Shown here piece by piece: positions 32,801-45,867 of a stretch of 64,000 nucleotides of DNA (the stretch's first letter is position 1; every line of letters starts with the position of its first letter). This DNA is from Podarcis liolepis (Eukaryota), in assembly GCA_965112155.1 (NCBI GenBank), contig OZ218103.1; one strand, 5' to 3'. The translations under genes and the position numbers were made by a program. The notes under the pieces are model-generated. The model did not search any database, was not told the origin of the DNA, and saw only the letters and a program-made list of their open reading frames with translations.

Positions 32801-35800
32801 AGAATAAAATCTTTAATCTTCTCACTCACCTGTGTATTTTGTATTGCTTCTGAATCTTATTTTAAAAGAATTACCTTGCCTTTGGGAAGACAGTATACAA
32901 AATAAAGAAAAGCAAGATACAAACATAAAACAGTTAAGAGTACATTAAACCCAATGTAAAACCAACATGAACAATAGCCAGTAGTGCTACCCCGAAAAAG
33001 CCTGGCATTCAGTGCCAGTTGCAGCTTCCAGACAAACCTCAAGGGCAGCTTCACGTAGATCACATTCTAGTAATTCAACCTTGAGGGGATGAATATATAG
33101 ACCACTGTGGCCAAGCTATCCTTGTGCAGCCAAAACTGATAGAAAGCTGATAGAAGGTGCTCTGAGCCCCTGAGACTACTTGGGCCTATAGTGACAAAAT
33201 TGGAGTCAGCAGTACACCTAAGCTACATACCTGATTGTTCAGGAAGAATGCAGTCCAACCCAGAATAGGCAGCTGAGCTGCCTTCTGGACTTGGGTACCA
33301 CTTACCCACAGAGCTTCCATCTTGTCAGGATTCATTTTCAGTTTATTGGCTTTCATCCATCCCACCACTTCATCCAAGCATGTTTAATATTTGCATAGCC
33401 TCATCTGATTTAGATTTCAGAGAGAAATAGATAGAGCAGGGTGTCATCAGCATACTGGTAACACCTTACTCCAAATCTCCTAACAACGACACCTAACAGC
33501 TTCATGCAGATGTTAAACAGCCCTGGGGTCAGGACGGTTTCCTGTGGCACCCCATAGCACACTTTGCGGGGGGCCAACAAAACTCCCATGCGGTGCTACT
33601 CTTTGAAATCAGCCCTGGAGATAGGAGCAAAACCACTGCAACACAGTGCCTCCAACACTCATCCCAGGAGGTTACTATTGTTAATGGCATCAAAAGCCTC
33701 TGGGAGATCAAGTAATAGCAACAGGGTCACACTCCCCTGTCCCTTTTTTGATAAAGACAACCCATCAGCAACCGAGGCAATTCAGCCATGAAATCAGACC
33801 TGAAGATTGCAGAGGGTTAGTGGGTTAAGGTAATCTGTCCTCCAATAATGCCTGTATATGTGCTGCTACTACCTTCCCTCTAAAAGAGGGTACTAGTGAC
33901 CAGGCAGTAGGTGGCAAATGCTACTGGACCAAGTTTTGTTTTGTTTTTAATATAAAGAAGTGGCTGCACCACCACCTGTGGGCATAAAAATGCAGTTTAA
34001 TTCTAAATCTGCCTTTGCTGACTTATGAAGCAGTTGGGTTTTGAAAGATGCTACAAAAATTGTCTGGTGAATGTGGTTTTCTGCCTCAAAGTAGTAACAT
34101 TATATTATTGTGTTCTGTCTTTTTTTAAACAGCAAGTTGCATCGTTAATAGGAGCAGATCCTAGAGAAATTATTTTTACCAGTGGGGCAACAGAATCAAA
34201 CAACATAGCAATTAAGGTAAATGAGTATATTGTAATACCAAGTGATGGTGATGTAAAAACAATTCACAGTAGTCTGGATGTTCAACTATTACTGTCCTGT
34301 CTTGTGTTATAATTAAGGCAGAAGCTTAATACAATTGCAGCAACTAACAGTGCAATCCTGTGTATATTTTTTGGCTTTACCTGAGAATAAATAAAAGTAT
34401 TGGCAAGTCTTAAAAAGTGCTAAACCTATTACCTTGTGTGCAGTTTTTTTTAAAGTCTGTGGAAGTCACAATTCTCTACATAAAGTTATTTGGATAATGT
34501 TATTGTTTTTGCATTTGCAGGATGAGCATACTGAGTCATGTTAAATATCTAGAGATACTTTGTTGTTTCTGATATAAATGTATTGTGATTGTAACTTGGT
34601 TGAGATCGTATAGCGATATACTGTAAGTTCCTAAAACAACTTGGTGTAAACTTAACCAGGTTCACAGCACACTCCTATGCACGTCTACTCAAAAGTAAGT
34701 CCTACTGAATTCCGTGGGACTTCTTTGGGTAAGTGTGCATAAGAGCCTCAGGCTGTGGTCTTGAACTCACTTATTAGGAGGTAAGCCCTATTGAACACAG
34801 TGGGACTTCCTTCTGTGCAGACATGCATGTAAGATTGTACTGGTAGTTGAATTAAACTTCTGCCTTCCTTAAAGTAGATTGCACTAATGTTTCTTGATGT
34901 TAAGAGGCCTATTGTATAACCAAACCTAATTCTGCCTGCTTTGTACTTAAAACAGTTATGCAAAGAGAGAGTTGCATTATCAAAACTAACCGACAGGTCT
35001 CTTTTCAAGATTCTTCTCTGCACTGCAGTTTGTAAGGTTTCTGTGGCTACAGTTTTGCTTTGTAGCTATTTCCCAGTAATTGCACTGAGGAAAAATGTTG
35101 TAAAAAAATGTAAAAAATGAAAATATGTAAAAATGAAACCATGACACTTACTTAAAAAACTGAGCTAAAGTTGAAAATTGCCAAGATTACTTGAATAGTT
35201 TTTCATATGCAATCCTTTGCATAATTACTCACAAGTAAATCTCATTGTGTTCAGTGGGGCTTACTCCCATGTAAGTGTGTACCATTTTGGGCTGCAATCC
35301 TATGCACACTTTTGGGAGTAAACCCCCCTGCACTTGGTGGGACCTAGTTCTGAGTAAATGTGCCTAGGATTTGTTGTCTATTGCCTGAAGCTTCAAGGTA
35401 ACTGGGCGTTTTACATTTTTTTACTTGATACTTATAGAAACTACGGATTTCCAGCAGTTTTGATCTAAAATTTTTTTCCGTTTTATCTGTGTAAAGGGTG
35501 TTGGAAGATTCTATAAATCCAGAAAGAAACATATAATTACAACACAAACAGAACACAAGTGTGTGCTGGATTCATGCCGTGCCCTAGAAGCTGAGGGATT
35601 TCAAGTCACATACTTGCCTGTACAGAAAAATGGGATTATAGATTTAAAGGTAAATCACTTGTTTCCAAATTTGTATTCATGTGATTGCAGCTTCTCCCTT
35701 TTTCAGTCCTTTGCAATGGAATGTTAACAAAAATGCAGTCTTCCACTTAGAATATGGATGCTACAGAGAGCTGTCTAAGTAAAAACTGGTGAAATGTTTG

Positions 35801-38800
35801 TTGGGTTGCAGTGACAAAAGGGTGAGGTTTACTGCTTACCTAGTATATTGTACAAAATTGGATCAGTTTAGCAGGTGCATTCAAAGAAAGGACACTTTAT
35901 GTAATAGTAGAATAAATTGATTTATATCTCTAACCATTTAGAGTGCACATCTTAGCACAGGGAGTATGCCCTATTGAATATAATGGTGCTTATATGTTAA
36001 AAGTGCAGTGTAATTGTAAAATAAGTTTCATTTGCAGTGCTAATGCAGTTCGAATTAATTCTCTTCTATGATTTCCACCAGGATCTAAAAAATGCAATAC
36101 AACCAGACACAGGATTGGTTTCAGTAATGACTGTGAATAATGAAATAGGAGTGGTACAGCCAGTTAAGGACATTGGTAAGTTGACAGTTTGGGTGGAATT
36201 GATTTTATGAAAGATTGTAAGATGCTTTATGGAAGTTCCTCAAAAAACTGGTTATGAAATTTGAAATAAATACTAAATCAAACAAACAAACAAACAAACG
36301 TCATATCTTGAGCTAAAATGCCAAATACTTATAAAGCTCGACAATGAAGCACACACTGTTGAAGCATAGAATAGCTACATAATTGTGGTGACTTAGAAAC
36401 AAATCACTGGCTCACAATCAATATCTGACAGCTTTTCTATGTCTGTCAATAATTTGTGAAGGTCAAAATAGATGTTACATGTGAGATCTGTGACCAGATT
36501 TCCAAACCTTTTAAAAAAAGAACTTCAAGGTTGTTGTTTATGTGTCTACTCTTGGAGCAGGACCGTGGAGGATTCCCCCCCCCCCTTTTTTTTATTTTGA
36601 GCCATTTCACTCCCATCTAAATGCCCACTTCCCAGCAGTTGAAAGCTAACAGTACAGTGAAACACAGACATCATTTGTATTATATCTGTTCCCATATTTA
36701 TTTTGTGATGACCTCTGGGTTTTAGCAATACATTTGAATTGATTGATAAAATCAGTATGTTTAAAATCTTTCAACATTTTCATAAAATATAAATAATATT
36801 TCATTCTGAACCATGTTGTTTTTGCATTGTAGGTCAGATCTGCAGTTCCCATAAAATTTTCTTTCATACAGATGCTGCACAGGCAGTTGGGAAAATTCCT
36901 CTAAATGTCAATGATATGAAAATTGATTTAATGAGCATCAGTGGCCATAAAATCTATGGTCCCAAAGGTATTGATATTTCTTATATTAGATACTACTTCA
37001 TTTTTACTAATAAAGGTGGCCAGGTTTATTTGATTTGGTAGTCAAATAAACATTTGGAGAAATCGCTAACCCTTGTCAAGGCACCATGAAAAACAGAGAC
37101 CTTAGTACAGGGCTGGAGAACCTGTGGCCTTCCAGATGTTGCTGGCCTACAGCTCTAATCAGCCCTAGCAATTATAGCCAATGATCAAGGATGATGGGAC
37201 TTGTAGTCCAGAAATATATGGAGGGCCACAGGCTCCCTATCCCTGCAATAGTATTTAAGGAGGAAACAAGAATAGCAGAGGAAAGCATGCAACAGTCTTG
37301 CAGGGATGGGCGCTTCATTCAAAATAGCTTTCTTTGAAATAAGTACTTCCAGTGTGGTGTAGTGGTTAAGAGCGGTAGACTTGTAATCTGGTGAACCGGG
37401 TTCACTTCCCTGCTCCTCCACATGCAGCTGCTGGGTGACCTTGGGCTAATCACACTTCTTTCAAGTCTCTCAGCCCCACTCACCTCAGAGTGTTTGTTGT
37501 GGGGGAGGAAGGGAAAGGAGAATGTTAGCCACTTTGAGACTCCTTCGGGTAGTGATAAAGTGGGATATCAAATCCAAACTCCTCCTCTTCTTCCATATGA
37601 GCACTTTGAACACAACTTGGTTCCTAAACACTAGTCTGCTATCCAAGATGTGGAGACAGCTATATGTGGAACAAGCTACATCTACAAATGGATTAAGCTA
37701 TGCCTGACCACATACCTTACACTATACAGATCTATATGCAGCAGCCTCCATGCAAACTACTGCACAGGGCACTAAGGGCACAGTCTATAATAGACTGTGT
37801 GTATGGATATGGCAGTATGCATGACTTTCTGCCAGAATATTAGATTAGGATGCCAGACAGTTCTTTTTCATTTTCTGGAGTTAAATAATGACAAAGGAAG
37901 ATCCTGCTGAAGAACACCTCAAGGATTTTGATAAATTTTAGGAGAAGATGCTTATTTTATAGAAATTAGCAAATGAGGATTCTTCCAATTAGAAATGTAA
38001 ATTGAATATCTGAAGATGAGATCCAACAAAATGTGAATGGTTCTGTTCATGTAACAGGGCTTCTTCTTCCTCTCTTCCCCCCCACTGCAGGTCCCTACAG
38101 TAATCCCCCAAAAATCTCCTCCAGAGGGTTGGATACCCTCTGGAGTAGATTTTTGGGGGTGCATAGGGGGCTGCAAGCTCAAATGAGAAACTGGAAGTTC
38201 TGTTGTGCAACCAGATTCCCATTGCACAAGTGGCGGAACATCACTGGATGTTGCCCTGAATGTTTAAAATGCATCTCTTGCGACGAAGAATCTTGATTAA
38301 AAGTTCCTGAAGGATTTTTTCTAAATGTTTCTAAATATGCTAGGAGACATACAGTATGGAAAGTCTACCTGTGTACTGAACAGAAGTAACTTCTTGTTTC
38401 TAAGGGGTTGGTGCAATTTATGTTCGGCGGCGACCAAGAGTAAGACTGGAACCTATACAAAGTGGGGGAGGCCAGGAGCGAGGATTACGTTCTGGGACTG
38501 TGCCAACTCCTTTAGCAGTTGGTCTTGGAGCAGCTTGCGAATTGGCACAACAAGAGATGGAGGTATAAAGAGCAGTTCTAGTTGTGTAACTTTTCTTGAT
38601 CCATTTATTTTACCATGTTCTTTGAAGCCTTGTTGATGGTTGAAAGTTTGCAACACATTCCTTTAACAATAATGATTAGGGTTTAATATGATGCCCTTCT
38701 CTGTACTGTAGAGAACTAATCGTGCTCCATAATTCAGCCTTTATTTTCCTATAATATGTAAAAGCAGTTATATAAGCAAAGCAAACTTGGCCTTCTTGGC

Positions 38801-41800
38801 AGAACAATTTTCTGAGATGGTTTTGAGTATTTCTGAGATATTTTAGTAGTGCTATGTTCATTCATTAAGTAGTTCTCTGTGCCATATTTCTTACAAACTC
38901 TAACCTTACAGTTAGAACCTTTCTGGTCTCTGTCTTGCTGTTGGTAAGAGAGGGCAGGCAGTTTCTAGAACTAGTGTTTATTGGTTATAATAATTGTACA
39001 GAGATTTGCCTCTATTTCAAGGGCATCTCTTTCTTCTTGAGCATAGAATTTTCAAACAATTATGGAGGCAATTTCATAGAGAATTTTCCTGCTACATATC
39101 TCTGAATTTTACAGCAGCAATTGTGGGATAGCAGAGCAAACTCAGGGGGTGGAATCCAATGTTGTGCAAGCAGACTTCTGTTGACAGAATGAATCTATCC
39201 TTTCTTTCCTCCATCCCCCCATGTACCCTGAAAATGTGGGGCATATTTGGGGGTATTAGAGCATGGAAGGGAGAGGAGAGGTAGGTGAAGTCCCATTGTG
39301 CAGGTGGAAGTCTATTCCACTTGCACATAGCCAGCATCAGCTTGATAACCGTAACTCTCATATTTAACTTGGGGCTGAATTTTGCTATGGTTATTATTTG
39401 TGTGAGAAATTGCTCTGACAAATATTGTGTTATTTTGCCTTGTCTTTTTGGTTAACTGATTTGATTTGACTGATATAACATTTTTAGTACATCAATCAAG
39501 GCGCATCTGCATGTTTGAAGAATAGCTAATAAGTTCTCTTGTTTCTTTTTCAGTATGACCATAAGCGAATTAGTTTATTAGCTGGCAGATTAGTTACAAA
39601 CATAATGTCTGAAATTCCTGATGTGGTAATGAATGGCGATCCAGTTCATCGTTATCCAGGTATTATTAGCAGAATGTTGAGTTCCTCTTTACTACAGAAA
39701 TTGCCTTTGACCATTTAAGGTTTCTTTTTAAAATGAATATAGCATTGGAAATTTTAAAACAGATTTAAGTGTTAATCTGGTACAACAGTATTGTTTTAGA
39801 ATTGAAAGCAACCTTGTGCTCATCGGGTACTAGCCCAGAAACTCAACAAATAGCTTGAATATCGCAAAATTCTCATCCTCTGTTATACAATGTTCTATAT
39901 ATATACAGTGATGTATTGCGTGTTTTGTATTTTTCTTTTTTCTTTTTATTGACTTGTATTGCTTAATTCCTTGTTTTTCTGATTATATATTTTTTTCTTT
40001 CTTTTTTTCTTTTCCTTCTTTTTCTTTTTCTTCTTCTCTCTTTTTTATTCTCTGTAATTTTAAACTTTCAATAAATATCATTTAAAAAAATAAATAAATT
40101 ACTGCATAAATTAACCCCAATGAGTTGCAGATTATGCACAAGCTTTTCTTACTGTTTTACATCTTAGTTCTGAATTGTATGTTTTAGGTAGAGCACTAGG
40201 ATAAATTACTGTATTAAAGACTGAATGAAGAATTCTGTAATGGTCCAAAGAGCTGCTCACTATTTTCTTCCACTGCATTAGCCAGTTTTAGGTTGTTTAT
40301 AAATAAAAATTATGGCTCTGCCAACAACGCAGTTGTTCTGCGTGCATTTCTGGAATTAGCATTTAGCTCTCTAGTTATCAGAGCTGTGGTGACATTCACA
40401 TTTCGAAGGAAATGAAAAAGAAACATTCCATTAAGGGAAAATAGACTCAGATTATTTAAGAGCAGGGTCTTGAGTTCAAACCCCATGTTGGGCTAAAAAT
40501 TCCTGCATTGCAGGGGGTTGGACTAGATGACCCTCATAATCCGTTCGAATTCTATCATTCTATGATTCTGCAAAAACCCTGTTGTCTAAAGTGCAATCTT
40601 AAAAGAAGCTGACACTGCTTTGTTAACTTTGCAGGCTGCATTAACTTATCCTTTGCATATGTGGAAGGAGAAAGCCTGCTGATGGCGCTTAAAGATGTGG
40701 CTCTGTCTTCTGGAAGGTAATATTGTTGGTGTAAATTGGAAAGAATGGGTGAAATTGCACTAAGCACTTGGACCGTGTCTTGAGCCAACATGGTGTAGTG
40801 GTTAAGAGCAGTAGACTCGTAATCTGGTGAACCGGGTTCGATTCCCCACTTCTCCACATGCAGCTGCTGGGTGACCTTGGGCTAGTCACACTTCTCTGAA
40901 GTCTCTCAGCCCCACTCACCTCACAGAGTGTTTGTTGTGGGGGAGGAAGGGAAAGGAGAATGTTAGCCGCTTTGAGACTCCTTAAGGGGAGTGAAAGGTG
41001 GGATATCAAGTCCAAACACCACCACCTCTTCTTCTTCTTCTTCTTCTTCTTCTTCTTCTTCTTCTTCTTGAGTCCATCCCTCGTCTCTGGATTCTGTTTA
41101 GAGAAAGACTCAGCTGCACAGGGTGGTTAGAAACAGTTGAAGACTAAATACTTAAAACATGACTCATTCATCCTCCCTTTTTCTAAGGAATGTGTGTACA
41201 TGCAGAGGCAGCTATAAACCCAAGGTTGAATTCAGCAGCATTGGCATCAGTGTGAGGTATTTGCCAAGTGTGAGATTTTATCATCTTGGTGGATGTTACA
41301 TTCTATATGGTTCCGTATAGTATGGTGAGCTAGCATGGTAAAAGACAAGTGATCACTACAAGGTTTGTTTCTGGGACTAGAGAACTCTATTATAGTAGAT
41401 TAGTTTATGATGTACCAGCATCTCTTAAAGTTAATGTAGCTAGTGTATTTATGCTTGTCTTGTGCCATGAGACAATAGACACTACATACTTTGAACTGAA
41501 CTGAATGGGATAGGGGAACTGTGAAAAAAGGCTGACTACTAAAAAGCAGGAAAACTCTGATGTTGTGCTAGCAGACTCGGCTGGAGATGTGCATACTCTG
41601 CTGATGCCACTGGTCAAAGTGTGTTGTAGTATCAACAACAGATGGTGGACCCAGGTATAACAGGTTATGGGCCAACTGACTTCTATAAGTCTTACATATG
41701 TGTGAGAGAGGAGAGAGCCTGGAATATGGTCTAAGGACACATTATGCGGTCTATTGTTAAAGCTATGCAAGTCTTAGTCTGGTCAGTGTGCAGATGAGAG

Positions 41801-43614
41801 ATTGCCTGGAACTCCCATGCCAGATATTTAAAGGAGAGCAGAATAAAAGTGGCCTTTTTCCACTTCAAGTCACTAGAATTGATGATCTAGAACAAATCTA
41901 TGAGCCATCTAATCCAGAATCTTTCTTTATTCTGACCAGGGCTGATTTACTTCCATTTATAAGAAGTGTCCTATTAGCATTTCTGACTCCTTTCAGATAT
42001 TTCTGATTCCTTTTAAAATTCAATTGGCAAATGTCAAATTACATAATTTAACCAAGCTTTATTAGTTATAACTGGATCTACTAGATGGTTAATTCCTGCT
42101 GCTAATATCTTTTTGCCCTTTCCTTCCAGTACTTTAGTCCCCCTAAGTTATAAGAACATCTTTGGGCATTCTTATTTTCCTGATCACATAACACACTTTT
42201 TAATATATTACCCACCCTGTCTGATCTTTCCCCCTACCTCACACTTCTTTTTCTAACATCAATCTGTTGCTGTACTCTGCCTTATTTCCTGCTTCTGCAG
42301 TTGAAATGCCTTACCTTCTATTAATTATGCAATTACACACCCTTCTCTTGCATAATTAGTCTTCTTGGTTTGTTTCTGTAGTCAGTAAATCTTTAGGGAG
42401 CAGCAATAGAGTTATAATAAGAGCATACTACTCTAGAGCTGTCTGCTATTTTGATTTCTATACCAGTTCTGTGTAAGGACAAAATGCCAACATATTGTTT
42501 TTTCTCATTAGTGCTTGCACATCTGCATCTCTGGAACCATCATATGTGTTGCGTGCAATTGGAACTGATGAAGACTTGGCTCACTCATCCATAAGGCAAG
42601 GCTTATAGTTCTAAATTAAGCATAGGCAAACTCGGCCCTCCAGATGTTTTGGGACTACAATTCCTATCATCCCTGACCACTGGCCCTGTTAGCTAGGGAT
42701 GATGGGAGTTGTAGTCCCAAAACATCTGGAGGGCCGAGTTTGCCTATGCGTGTTCTAGATAGTCTAGATGGATATTACATCCATCAAGAGACGAATCCCT
42801 TTTTATCTTTTTATGTGTGCTATGTTGGATCTGATAAGCTCTTTCCTTCATTTCAGGTTTGGCATTGGCCGTTTCACTACTGAAGAAGAGGTAGATTATA
42901 CCGTAAAAAAATGCATACAGCATGTGAAGAGATTAAGGGAGATGAGGTAAAAAATAAATAAATCTGAATATTAGACATTAAGCATCACAGGATTTCTTTA
43001 AAAGTCTGTCTGTAGTAAGGAAATACTGCCAGAAGTCACGGAATCTCAGTGGTTAGAGCAGATCAAGATAGGGGAAGGAATATACTATATGTTTTCTCTG
43101 TAGCTGTGGTCCAACCAGATATTTACAGCAAACTGGCACAATCCTTATAAAGCCCAAATATGCATGCAGTCCCATTATTTAAGTCACAGAATCAGGTGGG
43201 TCCTAATATATATATTTCTCAGATGTCAAAGGCCAGGGTAAATATGCATTTAGAAGCGCGGAAATTCATAAATAAATCTCTTTATTTCCATTACTAGTGT
43301 CTCAATATAATACCCATCGTGGGTTGAGGCATTCAACCTTGGTGAAATTTTGCCATAACAAAACATCTTAATTGGGTATTTCGGAAGATAGGAGGCATTC
43401 TTAGACATTCTTTATGTAGTTAGAAAGTGTTCTTTGCAGAACTTCATTTAAAATAATATTTTGTTCTTACTAATTATTTCCTGAAAGTTCTATTGATGTC
43501 AAATTATTTATATTTCTGACTGTCATTGAGTTTTCCTTCTCATTTTACAGCCCACTGTGGGAAATGGTACAGGATGGAGTTGATTTGAAGAGCATTAAAT
43601 GGACACAACATTAA
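29725..43614 (+). CDS. NFS1: Cysteine desulfurase NFS1, mitochondrial; 13 exons, 441 aa
   Basis: Exons 29725-29815, 31226-31293, 32161-32277, 34133-34216, 35497-35649, 36082-36175, 36833-36967, 38405-38562, 39554-39659, 40635-40716, 42512-42595, 42857-42946 and 43551-43614 total 1326 nt in frame; [29 protein letters not shown] (PLP Lys), RRRPR, SSGSACTSAS (catalytic Cys), WTQH*. Confidence 0.96.
31226..31293 (+). CDS. NFS1: NFS1 exon 2
   Basis: [23 protein letters not shown]; 68 nt. Confidence 0.9.
31515..31840. mobile_element. Tigger-like MITE
   Basis: TA|CAGTGGTGCCTCGCAAGACGAA...TTCGTCTTGCGGGGCACCACTG|TA; internal TTAGCGGCTT repeats. Confidence 0.88.
32161..32277 (+). CDS. NFS1: NFS1 exon 3
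   Basis: [39 protein letters not shown]; 117 nt. Confidence 0.95.
32870..33940 (-). mobile_element. Decayed L2/CR1-clade LINE fragment
   Basis: Minus strand QYADDTLLY (about 33431-33457) and [15 protein letters not shown]. Confidence 0.8.
34133..34216 (+). CDS. NFS1: NFS1 exon 4
   Basis: [28 protein letters not shown]; 84 nt. Confidence 0.95.
34665..35375. repeat. Cluster of ~85-bp fold-back repeats (possible Harbinger-type MITEs)
   Basis: CAATCCTATGCA...AGTAAGTCC...GGGACTTAC...GCATAGGATTG motif as paired copies at 34665-34840 and 35205-35375; single copies at about 31360-31445 and 60305-60395. Confidence 0.6.
35497..35649 (+). CDS. NFS1: NFS1 exon 5
   Basis: [51 protein letters not shown]; aag acceptor; 153 nt. 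Confidence 0.93.
36082..36175 (+). CDS. NFS1: NFS1 exon 6
   Basis: [31 protein letters not shown]; 94 nt. Confidence 0.94.
36833..36967 (+). CDS. NFS1: NFS1 exon 7 (PLP-binding lysine)
   Basis: [45 protein letters not shown]; 135 nt. Confidence 0.95.
37108..37245. mobile_element. Fold-back hAT MITE, older copy of the same family
   Basis: CAGGGCTGGAGAACCTGTGGCC.TCCAGATG...GGAGGGCCACAGGCTCCCTATCCCTG; related copies at about 1240-1337 and 22250-22382. Confidence 0.75.
37349..37593 (+). mobile_element. tRNA-derived SINE (Squam3-like)
   Basis: A-box TGGTGTAGTGG, GGTTCA B-box-like motif and CTT tail; near-identical to 40784-41069. Confidence 0.85.
38405..38562 (+). CDS. NFS1: NFS1 exon 8
   Basis: [53 protein letters not shown]; 158 nt. 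Confidence 0.95.
39554..39659 (+). CDS. NFS1: NFS1 exon 9
   Basis: [35 protein letters not shown]; 106 nt. Confidence 0.94.
40460..40569 (+). mobile_element. Short CR1-tailed SINE remnant with a tRNA-like B-box
   Basis: GAGTTCAAACCCC...CCTGCATTGCAGGGGGTTGGACTAGATGACCCTC...ATTCTATGATTCT; tail-only copy at about 14190-14250. Confidence 0.6.
40635..40716 (+). CDS. NFS1: NFS1 exon 10
   Basis: [28 protein letters not shown]; 82 nt. Confidence 0.95.
40784..41069 (+). mobile_element. tRNA-derived SINE (Squam3-like) with (TTC)n tail
   Basis: TGGTGTAGTGGTTAAGAGC...GGTTCGATTCC; (TTC)n at about 41028-41069; possible TSD TCTTGAG. Confidence 0.88.
42512..42595 (+). CDS. NFS1: NFS1 exon 11 (catalytic Cys loop), GC donor
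   Basis: [28 protein letters not shown]; ends ATAAG|gcaagg; 84 nt. Confidence 0.93.
42617..42752. mobile_element. Fold-back hAT MITE in NFS1 intron 11
   Basis: Near-perfect ~55-bp inverted arms (GCATAGGCAAACTCGGCCCTCCAGATGTTTTGGGACTACAA...); TSD TTCTAAAT / TTCTAGAT. Confidence 0.9.
42857..42946 (+). CDS. NFS1: NFS1 exon 12
   Basis: [30 protein letters not shown]; 90 nt. Confidence 0.95.
43551..43614 (+). CDS. NFS1: NFS1 exon 13 (last)
   Basis: [20 protein letters not shown] (TAA 43612-43614). Confidence 0.95.
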
Positions 43615-44669
43615 GCAAGGAAATCACTTGTTATCTTGGACTGCTTGGATATAGATTAAAGTAATATTTTCTCTACATTCCTGAGTAAAACCATGTTGTG
43701 CTTGTTTTAAAAATACAAAATCTTTGGGTAATCAGTTACGCTTTCTAAATCTAGAGCCTGAAAACTAAATCTAAGGCGATGTTTGTTCAGGTAAACAATT
43801 GTGCTTACAAATCATCAAATACAAATGGACATTAGTTTCCTGGAACCAAAGAAGTTGCAGTACTTTTATTTTGGAGGTGACATTGGTGCAGCTTGATATG
43901 CCAAATCTTCAGCTGTCTTATTGTAAAAGTAATTAAAAAGTAGCTTGTTTCTACTGTAGGTTCTCCCTAGAATAATTTGCATCTGTTTCAGCAACATCTG
44001 TCTTATTGCAAAACTTGTGTTCAAACAGACAGTATGGTCAGAAGTAATCTTCTTACAGAAGGCAGTCTTCCATCTAAAAAGTCCATGTTTTATATTTGAG
44101 CAGTGGCATTTGCTACATAGCAATGAATTCAATTGTGCCTAAGGTTTACTAACTCCCAAATGCAGATCACATTCACTTTTTCACAAATTCACCTTTTCCT
44201 TACCTTTACCCTTGATTTGTTATCACAATTTTTTTCTCCTGCTTTCCAGAATAATTTTTCTGAGCTATTTATTGATTTATTTTTGAGTGACGATGGAAGA
44301 TTTCAATGTAATGTTTTTCCTGTAGAGCAACATATTTTGGTTTTTGCTGATAAGAAGCTATGGTCTTGAGAATGAGATTGTGTCTGTCTAGAAATATCCC
44401 AGTTATAGAAATATCCCAGGTTGATCATCACTTAAAAAAAAAAACAATGTCATTGCCTTTCACTTCAGGGTGCCTGACAGTGCTAGATTAAGTTAAACTG
44501 GTGAGGCTAGTATTTTTGGTACTCAGAAATGTGTGCCCTCATTTGTATCGGATTATTTTTTTTTTTTACTGGTATTACTTTTTCTAGTAGAAAGAAAAAA
44601 TCTATTTAAGGGAAGTTTTTGGGTTTTTTACTGCTTTCTCAAATTCAGGAAGGAAATTTAACTGTCTAT

Positions 44670-44675
44670 AATAAA
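44670..44675 (+). terminator. NFS1: Candidate NFS1 poly(A) signal
   Basis: First canonical AATAAA I found after the stop, followed by GT-rich sequence; a proximal ATTAAA lies at 43655-43660. Confidence 0.5.
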
Positions 44676-45867
44676 TGAACGCTTGTGTTATGCAGCTTTG
44701 TGTGCACACCATTTTGAAGGAAATGGCTGCTGACCCTAGGCAGTGGACTGTTAGCACGCAATCAACGAAGTATCCTATCACTTGCCTTAACTACAAGTCC
44801 TATACACACAGTGCATATACTCCCATTGAAATTGTATCAGCTTCCTTTAGATAATGTTTATTGTAAACCTGTTCTGGCAAAACTGCTTCATGTAGGAGAG
44901 TTCTTAATTTGCAAAATCATTACAGAAGTTTTCAAAAGCATGGTTTAAAATGGAAGAAGCATTGATACTGCAATGATGACAGTTTTATTACCATATCACA
45001 AAATTCAATTTAATTTTGTGGGCAAGCCATTAATTCCCCGCCCGCCCCCCAGGTAATTAAAAAAAGCCAAACAGCTTTGGAACACTTCTTACACTGTACA
45101 CTGTTTCTTACACTGTACACATAGACTTTTTCAGACATTTATTTTTGTTGTTTTAGAGGAATTCTGTGCAATATAAGTACAGTGAAAGAGAAAGGACATA
45201 TTACAGGCAGACAGAGAAAAGATAATGTGTTAAAAACAAAATACTGAGTTAAAATTGGCACAAAAATGCTTTTCTATGTTTAACTTAGTAATGTGGCACT
45301 CTTCTATTAATAAAGAGATAAAAGCAGCTTTTACTTGTTTGAGTTGTGAATTCTTGTTCATTGGGATGGAAAATATATACACTGATTTACTGAGCAAGTA
45401 GTTCTCATAAGCATATATGAGATGATAGGAATTTTTGTCTGAATGTGCATCACTTTGCACTTGCATATATTGCAATATATTTGCTATTGTGCAGAGTTTG
45501 GAGAGATCCTTTTTGAAGATCCTCTCAATTTGTTCTTGCCACTTTGAATAATGTAGTAATGTATTATCAGCAAACATGGCCTCCTCACTGCTCACCCCTA
45601 ATTCCAGGACATTCATGAACAGGCATCTATCTAGTTCCATGATTTCAGAAATTAACCATCAACAAATAAAAATATTGCTGACTTTGAGATTTGAGGGTGC
45701 TCTTCAACAGTTTTAGATAATTGGACAGAAGAGAAAGGTGGATCATTGAGGTCCAACATAATTACAACATAATATATACAATGCACTCGTATACTGTAGC
45801 CTGGAAGTTGTAAAAATGTGAATGAAATCTAGCAGATCTGCATTTTAAAAAAAAGTTGTGTAGTCCT

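Noticed and set aside
37349-41069. tRNA-like sequences with A/B boxes
   Set aside because: They are SINE heads followed by SINE body and tail, not tRNA genes
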